From the NCBI GenBank assembly GCA_951406725.2, contig OX597836.1, positions 15,810,001-15,874,000 on the forward strand: a stretch of DNA of 64,000 nucleotides, read 5' to 3'. Made by a program: the position numbers and the translations under genes. Of this stretch, positions 54,930 to 61,020 are shown piece by piece (position 1 is the stretch's first letter; the number at the start of each line of letters is the position of its first letter). This stretch comes from Octopus vulgaris. Taxonomy: Eukaryota. The notes beneath the pieces were generated by a model that saw nothing but the letters and a program-made list of their open reading frames with translations, was not told where the DNA came from and did no database searches.

Positions 54930-57585
54930 TGAACACATATATACATAAATATATACACGCAAATGTATATATAAATATATACACACATATATACATAAAT
55001 ATACACATGCAAATGTATATATAAATATATACACACATATATACATAAATATACACACGCAAATGTATATATAAATATATACACACATATATACATAAAT
55101 ATACACACACAAATGTATATATAAATATATAAACATATATACATATACAAATACAGACACATATATACATATACAAATACACACACACATATATACATAT
55201 ACAAATACACACACACATATATACATATACAAATACACACACACACACACATATATATACACACACACACACTATATACACAAACACACGAGTGTGTGTA
55301 TGTGTGTGTGCACATATGACGCATACATGTTTGCATAGATGAGGGAGTTCGTAATTTGTATATATACAGTAAAGTTGTATTGAGTGAGTGCAAATATAGA
55401 TACAAGCATGGCTGTGCTGTTAAGAAGTTCCTTCTCCAATCCCATGGGTCCAGTTTCAATCCCACTGAGTGGAAACTCCAGCAAGTGTCTTCTATTAGAA
55501 ACTTCGGTAAGGCAAAGCATTGTTGAGAGTATCTCATCATCAGTATTATCATTTAACATCATTTTTTAGCCCTAGGCAGGGTTGGATGATAGTTCAACAT
55601 GAACAGATGAGCCAGAAAGCTGTGCCAAGTACCAGTTTATGCTTTGGCATGGTTTCTATGGCAGTATTCCCTTCCTAATGCCAACCACTTCACAGAGTTA
55701 TATGTGAATATTTGGCAAGGTTTCTTTCAGTTTCCATCTACCAAATCCACTCACAAGGCTTTGGCCAATCTTGGAATACAGTAGAAGAGAGTTGCCCAGG
55801 GTTCCACCCAGTGGGACTGAACTCAGAGGCTAATGGTTGGGAAACAAACTTCTTACCACACATCTGCACCTACACACACACACACACACAAAGCCATATT
55901 ACATAGTATAGACAGGGTGTCTCAGAGTTAACTGTTTCAATGAAATCAGTCAAATTTTTTATAAAAAACTGACAGAATTTTATGTTTATTATTTAATTAT
56001 GATACCAAAACAAATGGATTTATAAATCTTACATGAAAACCTTATTGAAATTTTTCAACATGTCCTCCATCTGTATCCCTGCAAAATTTAAAATCTATCC
56101 TTAATATAATATTTTGAAGCATTTCAGGAGTTATCTCCTGTATTACTGATTGAATGTGTTCAGCTAAACTATTGCTCCATCCTGGGGACAGACGCAGAGA
56201 ATAATGATTGCAGCTAAATTGAAAAAAAAAAAAAAAAGCTGTCATGTACAGGTAAGTGGGACCCAACAGGAATGAAAAGAAAATTATTGAAAAAAATTAT
56301 AAGCAAAATTAAAAGTTGAAACACTTCTAACACATATTAAACATGAAAAACATAAATAAGAGTGAGTTTCTAAAAAATTGCCTGTTTTCACTGAAATAGT
56401 TACTTCTGGAATTGTTGTGACCCCCTTCGGTCATGGGATTGCACCTAGAAAGTTACCCTCCGAGGCACAAGTCTGGGCAAGGTTGTTTATGGAAGACCAG
56501 CAGTCGCCCATGCATACCAGTCACACCTCTCCATACCACCGATGTTATCCAAGGGAAAGGCAAAGGCCGATACAGCTTGGCACCAGTGATGTCACAGCTC
56601 ATTTATTAATGTGCAAGTGGCTGAGCACTCCACAGACATGTGTACCCTTAACGTAATTCTCGGGGAGATTCAGCATGACACAGTGTGTGACAAGGCTGGC
56701 CCTTTCAAATACAGGTACAACAGAAACAGGAAGAAAGAGTGAGAGGAAGTTGTGGTGAAAGAGTACAGCAGGGTTCACCACCACCCCCTGCAGAAGCCTC
56801 ATGGAGCTTTAGGTGTTTTCACTCAATAAACACTCACAATGCCGGGTCTGGGAATTGAAACAGCGATCCTATGACCACGAGTCCGCTGCCCTAACCACAG
56901 GGCCATTGCATATCCACTTCTGGAATACCTTATATATATAACTAGCAGCATAGCCAGGTGTTGCCCGGGTATGTAAGAGCCCCTAGTAGGCAACGACTAA
57001 TCCCAATCTAGTTCTTTCCCTCTAGGGAACGAAGGCGCATGTGTAGGCTGCAATGTCTTCTCTACACTCGAATACTTCTATGTATACGATGTTCCTAGCT
57101 GTCTCCCAACAGAAAATGTGTTGCATATAAAAAGCTTAGATTCTTGACTCCATGTCGAATTTATCGATTCTTTTCAGAACTGGGGGAACCTTTCAAAATT
57201 TTCGCTGTGTTAGTTTTGAATTATGACATTGGGCTATGTGTGTGTCAAGTTTCATCAGAATCAGTTGAAAGCCGTGGTCAGGGTGAGGGTACAACCTGAC
57301 AGACACACAGACAGACAAACTGCCGTTTATATATATATATAAATATAATAATGATGGTGATTCTGTGTGAGAAATACATTAAGTGTACAAGTGACTGTGG
57401 AAAACTCCAACACTTTTCCACACTAATACGATCAGACTTGATAGTCCTACAGATAAAAAACTTTAATACAACTTCAGAAGATGAATTGATGCAAGGTCCT
57501 TACCTTATTCACATTGCTGGTCTCCTTCTTTACCTGGTTGTGGATACAAAGTTGGTCTCGAGACCCCAAAATCGAGACATTGACA
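104..57585 (-). CDS. RTEL1: RTEL1 (regulator of telomere elongation helicase 1), partial multi-exon gene; 18 coding exons in window, 5' and 3' ends outside
   Basis: Manual splicing of 18 GT-AG exons gives 1486 nt with consistent phases and no stops. Contains four Fe-S cysteines (LCIH, MCRAK, TCHYY, LCPYY), motif II DEAH, motif III LTSGTL, motif IV FFPSY and motif V start AVCRGK. Peptides (SYWCF.PG, HQIWVG.VPRGPD, KP.LVEPR) match recalled RTEL1 rather than XPD/FANCJ/DDX11. Confidence 0.95.
613..1140 (-). mobile_element. RTE-clade LINE 3'UTR fragment with hairpin modules and (GAT)n tail
   Basis: Same 3' sequence as the copies attached to RTE ORF ends at 11900-12607 and 33275-33620. Confidence 0.7.
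1265..1622 (-). mobile_element. tRNA-derived CORE-type SINE (family A)
   Basis: A/B-box-like head, CORE-like CTTGGGCAAGTG segment, internal TA/TG tract, tail GCGGTGCTCYAGCATGGCCRCAGTCAAATGACT. Confidence 0.8.
1816..2463. mobile_element. hAT/Charlie-like MITE with nested SINE
   Basis: Ends CATAGGTTCTCAAA / TTCGAGAACCTCT; a similar degenerate element spans ~16718-17445. Confidence 0.5.
1974..2272 (+). mobile_element. tRNA-derived SINE (family C) with target-site duplication
   Basis: A box TGGCCTAGTGG, B-box-like GGTTTGAATCTC, AACAAACAA tail; TSD AATTTATTAT at 1964-1973 and 2273-2282. Confidence 0.8.
2848..2925 (-). CDS. RTEL1: RTEL1 exon (78 nt): [26 protein letters not shown]
   Basis: tttacag acceptor, gtgagt donor; KP..VEPR motif. 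Confidence 0.94.
3070..3548 (+). mobile_element. RTE 3'UTR fragment inserted into a TTAA-MITE
   Basis: Several GGCACGTAAAAAGCACC-type modules, GGAAGGGCATCCAGCTGTAG segment, (GAT)n tail; MITE sequence resumes afterwards. Confidence 0.7.
3940..4310 (+). mobile_element. RTE 3'UTR fragment
   Basis: Modules plus (GAT)n tail. Confidence 0.7.
4434..4519 (-). CDS. RTEL1: RTEL1 exon (86 nt): [29 protein letters not shown]
   Basis: tttgcag acceptor, gtaagt donor; motif IV FFPSY. Confidence 0.96.
4640..5405 (-). mobile_element. Cluster of three family-B SINE copies (GCCTTTCATCCTTTCGGGGTCGAT central domain, resembling the Meta/Sauria-type domain)
   Basis: Head GGCGAGCTGGCAGAA..GAGTTCAAATTCC, tail ..GCCCCTTGTGGGTAATAAAGAAATA; more than 20 copies or fragments in the window. 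Confidence 0.75.
5597..5637 (-). CDS. RTEL1: RTEL1 exon (41 nt): [13 protein letters not shown]
   Basis: cgacag acceptor, gtgagt donor; SLG.A motif; phases fit. Confidence 0.9.
5805..6025. mobile_element. TTAA-flanked piggyBac-type MITE (family P1) nested in the mariner 5'UTR
   Basis: TTAA-CCCTTTAG ... CTAAAGGG-TTAA; other copies near 3005, 3690, 26157, 36250, 36735, 46715, 59235, 62828, 63872. Confidence 0.8.
6172..7200 (+). pseudogene. mariner transposase pseudogene
   Basis: HTH region, VPHEL, TGDKKW, HQDNA*PH and [13 protein letters not shown] motifs; frameshift near 6485, stop at 6825 and further lesions. Confidence 0.93.
7498..7611 (-). CDS. RTEL1: RTEL1 exon (114 nt): [39 protein letters not shown]
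   Basis: ttgcag acceptor, gtatca donor; strong similarity to RTEL1. Confidence 0.96.
8282..8414 (-). CDS. RTEL1: RTEL1 exon (133 nt): [44 protein letters not shown]
   Basis: gtgtag acceptor, gtaagt donor; motif III TSGTL. Confidence 0.96.
8735..10078 (+). mobile_element. RTE 3'UTR fragment carrying the expanded 48-bp array
   Basis: Array runs directly into CCCACTACACTC..GGAAGGGCATCC..(GAT)n terminus. Confidence 0.75.
8798..9901 (+). repeat. Tandem minisatellite, 23 x 48 bp (TGGCACGTAAAAAGCACCATCCGACCGTGGTCGTTTGCCAGCCTTGTC)
   Basis: Direct count 8798 + 23x48 = 9902; only about 5 variant positions in total. Confidence 0.97.
10972..11050 (-). CDS. RTEL1: RTEL1 exon (79 nt): [26 protein letters not shown]
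   Basis: gttacag acceptor, gtaagt donor; VHI and D.W motifs. Confidence 0.88.
11340..11570 (-). mobile_element. Family-B SINE
   Basis: Full head-to-tail match to family B. Confidence 0.75.
11900..12607 (+). mobile_element. RTE LINE 3' end: ORF C-terminus plus modular 3'UTR
   Basis: Decayed [25 protein letters not shown] (RTE C-terminal GRP.K.W..DL..GL..DR..W type) followed by about 4.5 modules and (GAT)n. Confidence 0.8.
12909..12971 (-). CDS. RTEL1: RTEL1 exon (63 nt): [21 protein letters not shown]
   Basis: ctttcag acceptor, gtaagt donor; IVF start. Confidence 0.88.
13195..13985 (+). repeat. Purine-rich minisatellite of alternating 22/23-bp units (GAGAATGTGAGGGTGAGTATAA / GGGAAATGTGAAGGTGAGTGTAA)
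   Basis: Seen directly; roughly 35 units. Confidence 0.92.
14151..14212 (-). CDS. RTEL1: RTEL1 exon (62 nt): [21 protein letters not shown]
   Basis: gttccag acceptor, gtgagt donor; phase-compatible; aligns to recalled AGVF..AGLQKLADIIQ. Confidence 0.88.
14270..14805 (+). repeat. G-rich 19-20-bp minisatellite (GGGTGGATTTGGGGGAGCC), homogeneous at 14497-14800 and degenerate upstream
   Basis: Seen directly; about 16 clean units. Confidence 0.92.
15092..15192 (-). CDS. RTEL1: RTEL1 exon (101 nt): [34 protein letters not shown]
   Basis: tttctag acceptor, gtgagt donor; SYIF.LF motif. Confidence 0.9.
15480..15830 (-). mobile_element. Possible L1/Tx1-type LINE 3' end between (TAA)n tracts
   Basis: Minus frame [19 protein letters not shown], then T-rich UTR ending in AATAAA and an A-rich tail. 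Confidence 0.4.
16060..16390 (+). mobile_element. RTE 3'UTR fragment
   Basis: Three modules plus (GAT)n tail. Confidence 0.7.
16886..17325 (+). mobile_element. Family-A CORE-type SINE, full length
   Basis: GGCGCAGGAGTGGCTGTGTGG head to AACAAGTAAAAAGAG tail. Confidence 0.85.
17475..17700 (-). mobile_element. Family-B SINE
   Basis: Full match to family B. Confidence 0.75.
18025..18610 (-). mobile_element. Family-A SINE with tandemly duplicated 5' half
   Basis: Head+CORE segment occurs twice (~18250-18428 and ~18430-18610). Confidence 0.85.
19000..19105. repeat. (AAT)n microsatellite
   Basis: Seen directly. Confidence 0.95.
19385..19460 (-). CDS. RTEL1: RTEL1 exon (76 nt): [25 protein letters not shown]
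   Basis: atttcag acceptor, gtatgt donor; TKPG|SYIF junction as in RTEL1. Confidence 0.9.
19695..20072 (-). mobile_element. Family-C SINE with tail variant 2
   Basis: GGAGGCGCAATGACCCAGTGG head, GGTTTCGATTCCC B box, distinct 3' half ending CAACAAACAAAAAACAAACAA. Confidence 0.8.
20075..20603 (+). mobile_element. Two adjacent RTE 3'UTR fragments
   Basis: Two GGAAGGGCATCC..CCATGC..(GAT)n termini. Confidence 0.7.
21275..23000. repeat. Compound (TA)/(TG)/(CA)/(GA) microsatellite-derived low-complexity region
   Basis: Seen directly. Confidence 0.9.
23150..24122 (+). mobile_element. CR1-clade LINE 3' fragment, interrupted by a hAT MITE
   Basis: Decayed [50 protein letters not shown]; 3' end GTGCTCCAGCATGGCCACAGC..GCTGAAAC then A-rich. 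Confidence 0.8.
23282..23587. mobile_element. hAT/Charlie-type MITE with 8-bp TSD
   Basis: TIRs CAACGTTTCTCAAC / GTTGAGAAACACTG; TSD CCCTACAG (23274-81) and CTCTACAG (23588-95). Confidence 0.8.
24212..24580 (+). mobile_element. Family-A SINE
   Basis: Head, CORE, microsatellite and tail present. Confidence 0.85.
24582..25505 (+). mobile_element. RTE LINE APE-endonuclease remnant, interrupted by RTE 3' fragments
   Basis: Decayed [33 protein letters not shown], and at ~25390 [16 protein letters not shown]. Confidence 0.75.
25603..25997 (-). mobile_element. Family-A SINE
   Basis: Full match. Confidence 0.85.
27370..29140. repeat. Long compound (TA)n/(CA)n microsatellite region
   Basis: Seen directly. 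Confidence 0.92.
29602..29993 (+). mobile_element. Family-A SINE
   Basis: Full match. Confidence 0.82.
30305..30540. repeat. Inverted repeat: 112-bp arms (30305-30416 / 30429-30540), 12-nt loop, made of the RTE 3' terminus plus flank
   Basis: Arms are reverse complements with about 5 mismatches. Confidence 0.95.
30596..30634 (-). CDS. RTEL1: RTEL1 exon (39 nt, symmetric phase 1): [13 protein letters not shown]
   Basis: tttgcag acceptor, gtgagt donor; same length as the recalled human 39-nt exon; phases fit neighbours. Confidence 0.85.
31015..31350 (+). mobile_element. RTE 3'UTR fragment
   Basis: Three modules plus (GAT)n. Confidence 0.7.
31508..31897 (-). mobile_element. Family-A SINE
   Basis: Full match. 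Confidence 0.82.
31925..32605 (-). mobile_element. RTE LINE RT C-terminal fragment with Cys/His (PHD-like) insert; family-B SINE nested at ~32340-32573
   Basis: [72 protein letters not shown]; SINE flanked by TTTGTCTGCYTTTCT duplication. Confidence 0.85.
32647..32803 (-). CDS. RTEL1: RTEL1 exon (157 nt): [52 protein letters not shown]
   Basis: tttacag acceptor, gtaatt donor; EK.CE.SASF follows DEAHN in RTEL1. Confidence 0.93.
33275..33620 (+). mobile_element. RTE LINE ORF end and start of 3'UTR
   Basis: [26 protein letters not shown] followed by UTR shared with 1020-1135 and 3070-3170. Confidence 0.75.
33890..34318 (-). mobile_element. Truncated family-A SINE (33890-34138) and family-C SINE head (34140-34318)
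   Basis: Direct similarity to other copies. Confidence 0.78.
34360..34425 (-). CDS. RTEL1: RTEL1 exon (66 nt): [22 protein letters not shown]
   Basis: ttttcag acceptor, gtaagt donor; DEAH box. Confidence 0.96.
34610..34694 (-). CDS. RTEL1: RTEL1 exon (85 nt): [29 protein letters not shown]
   Basis: (att)n-ag acceptor, gtaaga donor; CPYY and PYNYLLD motifs. Confidence 0.96.
34737..35240. mobile_element. Unclassified ~500-bp insertion embedded in an (AAT)n microsatellite
   Basis: Complex sequence flanked on both sides by (AAT)n; no ORF; family not established. Confidence 0.45.
35510..35875 (+). mobile_element. Family-A SINE (diverged, 5'-truncated)
   Basis: B box, CORE and tail present. Confidence 0.72.
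35981..36065 (-). CDS. RTEL1: RTEL1 exon (85 nt): [28 protein letters not shown]
   Basis: ttttcag acceptor, gtaaag donor; DIEDLV motif. Confidence 0.93.
38073..38133 (-). CDS. RTEL1: RTEL1 exon (61 nt): [20 protein letters not shown]
   Basis: catccag acceptor, gtgagt donor; two Fe-S cysteines. Confidence 0.93.
38174..38221. mobile_element. 48-bp TIR-only Tc1/mariner-type mini-element (22-bp arms)
   Basis: CAGGGTGTCCCAGAATTAACTA-caga-TAGTTAAGTCTGGGACACCCTG; same TIR type as the element at 55913. Confidence 0.7.
38290..38835 (+). mobile_element. RTE (BovB-like) LINE 3' fragment with C-terminal zinc finger, interrupted by a 200-bp insert
   Basis: [23 protein letters not shown]|[29 protein letters not shown]. 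Confidence 0.8.
38980..39290 (-). mobile_element. Family-C SINE with tail variant 3
   Basis: Same head as 19695-20072, different 3' half. Confidence 0.8.
41335..41480 (+). mobile_element. RTE RT fragment
   Basis: [44 protein letters not shown]. Confidence 0.8.
42078..42515 (+). mobile_element. Family-A SINE
   Basis: Full match. Confidence 0.85.
42535..42749. mobile_element. mariner-type MITE (related copy at ~37480-37665)
   Basis: TA-CAAGAGGGTACCGAAAAGTT..GGCTTT ... AAAGCCAGGAACTTTTCAGCACCCCCTTG-TA. Confidence 0.7.
45215..45635 (-). mobile_element. Tandem family-B SINE dimer
   Basis: Two head-to-tail near-identical copies. Confidence 0.8.
46187..46587 (+). mobile_element. Family-A SINE
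   Basis: Full match. Confidence 0.85.
46845..47238 (+). mobile_element. Tandem family-B SINE dimer, inverted relative to 45215-45635
   Basis: Two head-to-tail copies. Confidence 0.8.
48960..53455. repeat. Extended TG/CA/TA-derived low-complexity region with short tandem arrays (5 x 24 bp GCACGACCGATTGTGTCTGTGTGT at ~52570-52695; GACCTGGGATCT(GT)n at 50155-50290)
   Basis: Seen directly; interrupted by SINEs at 50320-51150. Confidence 0.85.
50320..50862 (-). mobile_element. Family-A SINE with partially duplicated head
   Basis: CORE/B-box segment occurs twice. Confidence 0.8.
54215..54386 (-). mobile_element. Short chimeric retroposon: tRNA-Phe head + CR1-like tail + poly(A)
   Basis: After the tRNA: 25-nt linker, GGCAGTGCATCAGCATGGCCGCAGCTATGAGCTGGAAC, A-run; direct repeat ATATATATACACACACAGATAT on both sides. 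Confidence 0.72.
54301..54381 (-). pseudogene. tRNA-Phe(GAA) pseudogene / SINE head
   Basis: GCCGAAATAGCTCAGTTGGGAGAG..TGAAGA..GGTCCCTGGTT..CCCGGGTTTTGGCA; about 6 substitutions and an 8-nt CCCTGGTT duplication versus recalled metazoan tRNA-Phe. Confidence 0.9.
55913..56935 (-). mobile_element. Internally deleted Tc1/mariner-superfamily element; right TIR split by a SINE
   Basis: TIR CAGGGTGTCTCAGAGTTAACTGTTTCAATGAAA; transposase C-terminal remnant [22 protein letters not shown]. Confidence 0.72.
56413..56915 (-). mobile_element. Family-C SINE with long tail variant 4 and 11-bp TSD
   Basis: TSD ACTTCTGGAAT at 56402-56412 and 56916-56926. Confidence 0.82.
56942..57342 (-). mobile_element. 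Non-autonomous Helitron-like element
   Basis: Minus strand begins (TA)n-AAAC..GTCTGTCTGT and ends with GC-rich hairpin CCCGGGCAACACCTGG then CTAG|T. Confidence 0.7.
57504..57585 (-). CDS. RTEL1: RTEL1 exon (82 nt): [27 protein letters not shown]
   Basis: tttccag acceptor, gtaagg donor; LGSR.QLCIH motif with first Fe-S Cys. Confidence 0.93.
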
Positions 57586-57674
57586 CTGGAAATAGCAAAG
57601 AGATAGACACACACCTTAATTATCTTTGTATGAAGAACACTGGAGTCTGTTGAGATTTTTGATTAAAAAAAAAT

Positions 57675-57800
57675 CTTGTGCTAAGAAGCTTGTTTCCCAA
57701 ACACATGGTTCTGGGTTCAGTCCCACTCCATGGCACCTTGGGCAAGTGACTTCTACAAAAGCCTTGTGAGTGGATTTGGTAGATGGAAACTGAAAGAAGC

Positions 57801-57831
<31 letters not shown>

Positions 57832-58160
57832 TTCCTCGTGTTGCTTTCTGAAGAGCGCAGGCTTGAAACATAAAAGACCTGCTTGTTGTTTATACACCTG
57901 TCTTCGTCTTTCATTTTTCTGTAAATTTCAACAATATATGTATGTATGTGTATGTGTGTCTGTGTTTGTCCCCCCCACAATTGCTTGACAACCGATGTCG
58001 GTTTGTTTACATCCCTGTAACTTAGCAGTTTAGCAAAAGAGAGCAATAGAATAAGTACTAGGCTTACAAAGAATAAGCCCTGGCATTGGTTTGTTTGACT
58101 AAAGGCGGTGCTCTAGCATGGCCGCAGTCAAATGACTGAAACAAGTAAAGGAATAAAAGA
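57675..58160 (+). mobile_element. Family-A SINE with a ~100-bp Penelope-like insert in its microsatellite
   Basis: SINE halves flank foreign sequence at 57830-57935. Confidence 0.7.
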
Positions 58161-58618
58161 ACACACAAAAAACATTGAGAGATTTTGTTCTTGGTGAAAT
58201 GGTAGCAGCAGATTAAGTGTTGTTAGTTGCTTGCAGGCTTGGCTTGGCTTGGTCCACCAGGGCTCTCCATCACTGGTGATCCCATACCAGCCTCTCTGCA
58301 TCCTCCAAGATGATGTCAAACCTCTGGAGCTCTTCCCCAATCATGCCCAGTCATCTGGTGCAGGGTCTGCCACAAAGCTTCTTCCAGCCCACAGCTGCTG
58401 CATTGAATGAGAGTAAAGCCCTGGTAGACATGTCCTCCATCTCTAGCGGGAGACGGAGAACATGTCTGCACCAGCATGTGGTGGATAGCTATGGTTATGT
58501 AATATATGTGCATGTATGTATGCATGTGTGTATATTAATAATTATTATTCATTGCTTTTGTATTTTCAGCTCTCTCTGCTGCATCCCAAAGGTCTTTGTC
58601 AAGTAGTCGCAACGTACT

Positions 58619-59025
58619 AGGCGCAGGAGTGGCTGTGTGGTAAGTAGCTTGCTAACCAACCACATGGTTCCGGGTTCAGTCCCACTGCGTGGCACCTTGG
58701 GTAAGTGTCTTCTGCTATAGCCCCGGGCCGACCAATGCCTTGTGAGTGGATTTGGTAGACGGAAACTGAAAGAAGCCTGTCGTATATATGTATATATATA
58801 TATATATGTGTGTGTTTGTGTGTCTGTGTTTGTCCCCCTAGCATTGCTTGACAACCGATGCTGGTGTGTCTACGTCCCCATCACTTAGCGGTTCGGCAAA
58901 AGTGACCGATAGAATAAATACTGGGCTTACAAAGAATAAGTCCCGGGGTCGATTTGCTCGACTAAAGGCGGTGCTCCAGCATGGCCACAGTCAATTGACT
59001 GAAACAAGTAAAAGAGTAAAGAGAG
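58619..59025 (+). mobile_element. Family-A SINE, young full-length copy
   Basis: Full match with (GTAAAAGA)n-like tail. Confidence 0.88.
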
Positions 59026-59324
59026 TACTGAACTTATACTGGTCGATAGGCTCAGAAGGAAGGACGTCGAAAGAACTGATCATCATTGGAGCTTATTCAA
59101 CATGAAGTCATGATTGATCAGATTCTGTAGATCACATGGGCAATATTCTCATGAATTGCCTATCAACAGGCAATTGCTGAATATGCCAACTACATCTTCG
59201 TTAGAAACCGGCATTTAATTAGACAGGTGGATTAGCCCTTTAGCACTAATTACTCTGTCAAATACAGTACTTATTTATTCACATTGCTTTGAAATTAATC
59301 ACTCATTATCTTATATATATATAT

Positions 59325-59778
59325 TCTTTTATTCTTTTAATTGTTTCAGTCATATGACTGTGGCCATGCTGGAGCACTGCCTTTGAGGGTTTTAGTCAAA
59401 GAAATTGACCTCAGGACTTATTCTTTGTAAGCCTAGTACTTGCACTATCAGTCTCTTTTGCTGAACTGCTAAGTTATGGGGATCTAAACACACTGACATT
59501 GGTTGTCAAGTGATGGTTTGAGGGGTCGGGGGTAGAACACAACACAGATACAAAGACACACACACATATATATATACATACATAAGTAAATACAACAGGC
59601 TTCTTTCAGTTTCCTTCTACCAAATCTACTCACAAGGCTTTGGTCGGCCTGAGGCTATAGCAGAAGACACTTACCCAAGATGCTATGCAATGGAACTGAA
59701 CCCGGAACCATGTGGTTGGGAAACAAGCTTCTTATGGTTGGTAAGCAAGCTACTTACCACACAGCCACTCCAGCACCT
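59325..59778 (-). mobile_element. Family-A SINE
   Basis: Full match. Confidence 0.82.
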
Positions 59779-59989
59779 ATATATGTACATACATACAAAT
59801 AAATTCCACCCAAGAATTATTATTATTACTATATATACATATAGATATACATATATTCATATATAAACTACTTTTGCCATTTTCACCACCTCACAAAAAA
59901 AAAAAAATTACCAAATTCAACAACACATGATAATAACTGTAAAAATATTGCCAAATTCCATAAATTTTCTTGAAAGAATCCAAAACTTC

Positions 59990-61020
59990 ACTTTCCCTCC
60001 CATCACAACACCCCCACCCCACCACTTCAATAGCCATACCATCACACCACCAGTACTGTCAACACTACCACAGCTGCTACAATATGCATACCACTACCAT
60101 AACCATCACTACTACTACCACTACAATAACCATACCATTATCACTACCACCATCATACCACTGCTATCACCACCACCACCACAACTATTATAATAACCAT
60201 AGCACTACAATGACACCACACAACTACCACCACTACCACAACCACCACTACTACCACCGCCACCACCACCCCACACACTAACAAAACTATCCAAGCATTC
60301 TTAATGAATTCTTTGGTATTTCAGTGCTTTAATCTTTCTAGAGAATCATCTTTATCTCAAGGGTGTGGTGGTGGTGGTAGTTGTAGTAATGTTAGCACTG
60401 ATGGTATTATATAATGGTGGTGGTGGTATTGTTGGTGACATACAATGTTGGCAATGATGTTAGTGATGGTGGCGGTGATGGTGTTGGTGATGGTGGTGGC
60501 AGTGGTGTTGGTGATGGTGATGGTGATGGTGTTGGTGATGGTGTTGGTGGCGACGGTGGTGTTGGTGATGGTGGTGGTGTTGGTGGTTGTATTGGTGATG
60601 GTGGTGGTGGTGATGGTGGTGGTGTTGGTGGTGATGTTGGTGATGGTGGTTGTATTGGTGATGGTGGTGGTGTTGGTGATGGTGGTTTTGGTGATGGTGG
60701 TGGTGTTGGTGATGGTGGTGGTGTTGGTGATGGTGGTGGTGTTGGTGATGGTGGTGGTGTTGGTGGTGGCAGTGGTGGTGGTGGTGTTAGTGATGGTGGT
60801 TTTGGTGATGGTGGTGGTGTTGGTGATGGTGGTGGTGTTGGTGGTGGCAGTGGTGGTGGTGGCAGTGGTGGTGGTGGCAGTGGTAGTTTTGGTGTTGGTG
60901 GCAGTGTTGATGGTGGTGGTGTGAGTGATGGTATTGGTGGCAGTGTTGGTGGTAGTTATGGTGTTTGTGTTGGCGGCAGCTTTGGTCATGATGGTGTTGG
61001 TGGTGGCATCGATATGTTGG
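59990..61020. repeat. (CAC/TAC)n tract followed by opposite-polarity (GGT/GAT)n trinucleotide tract
   Basis: Seen directly. Confidence 0.9.
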
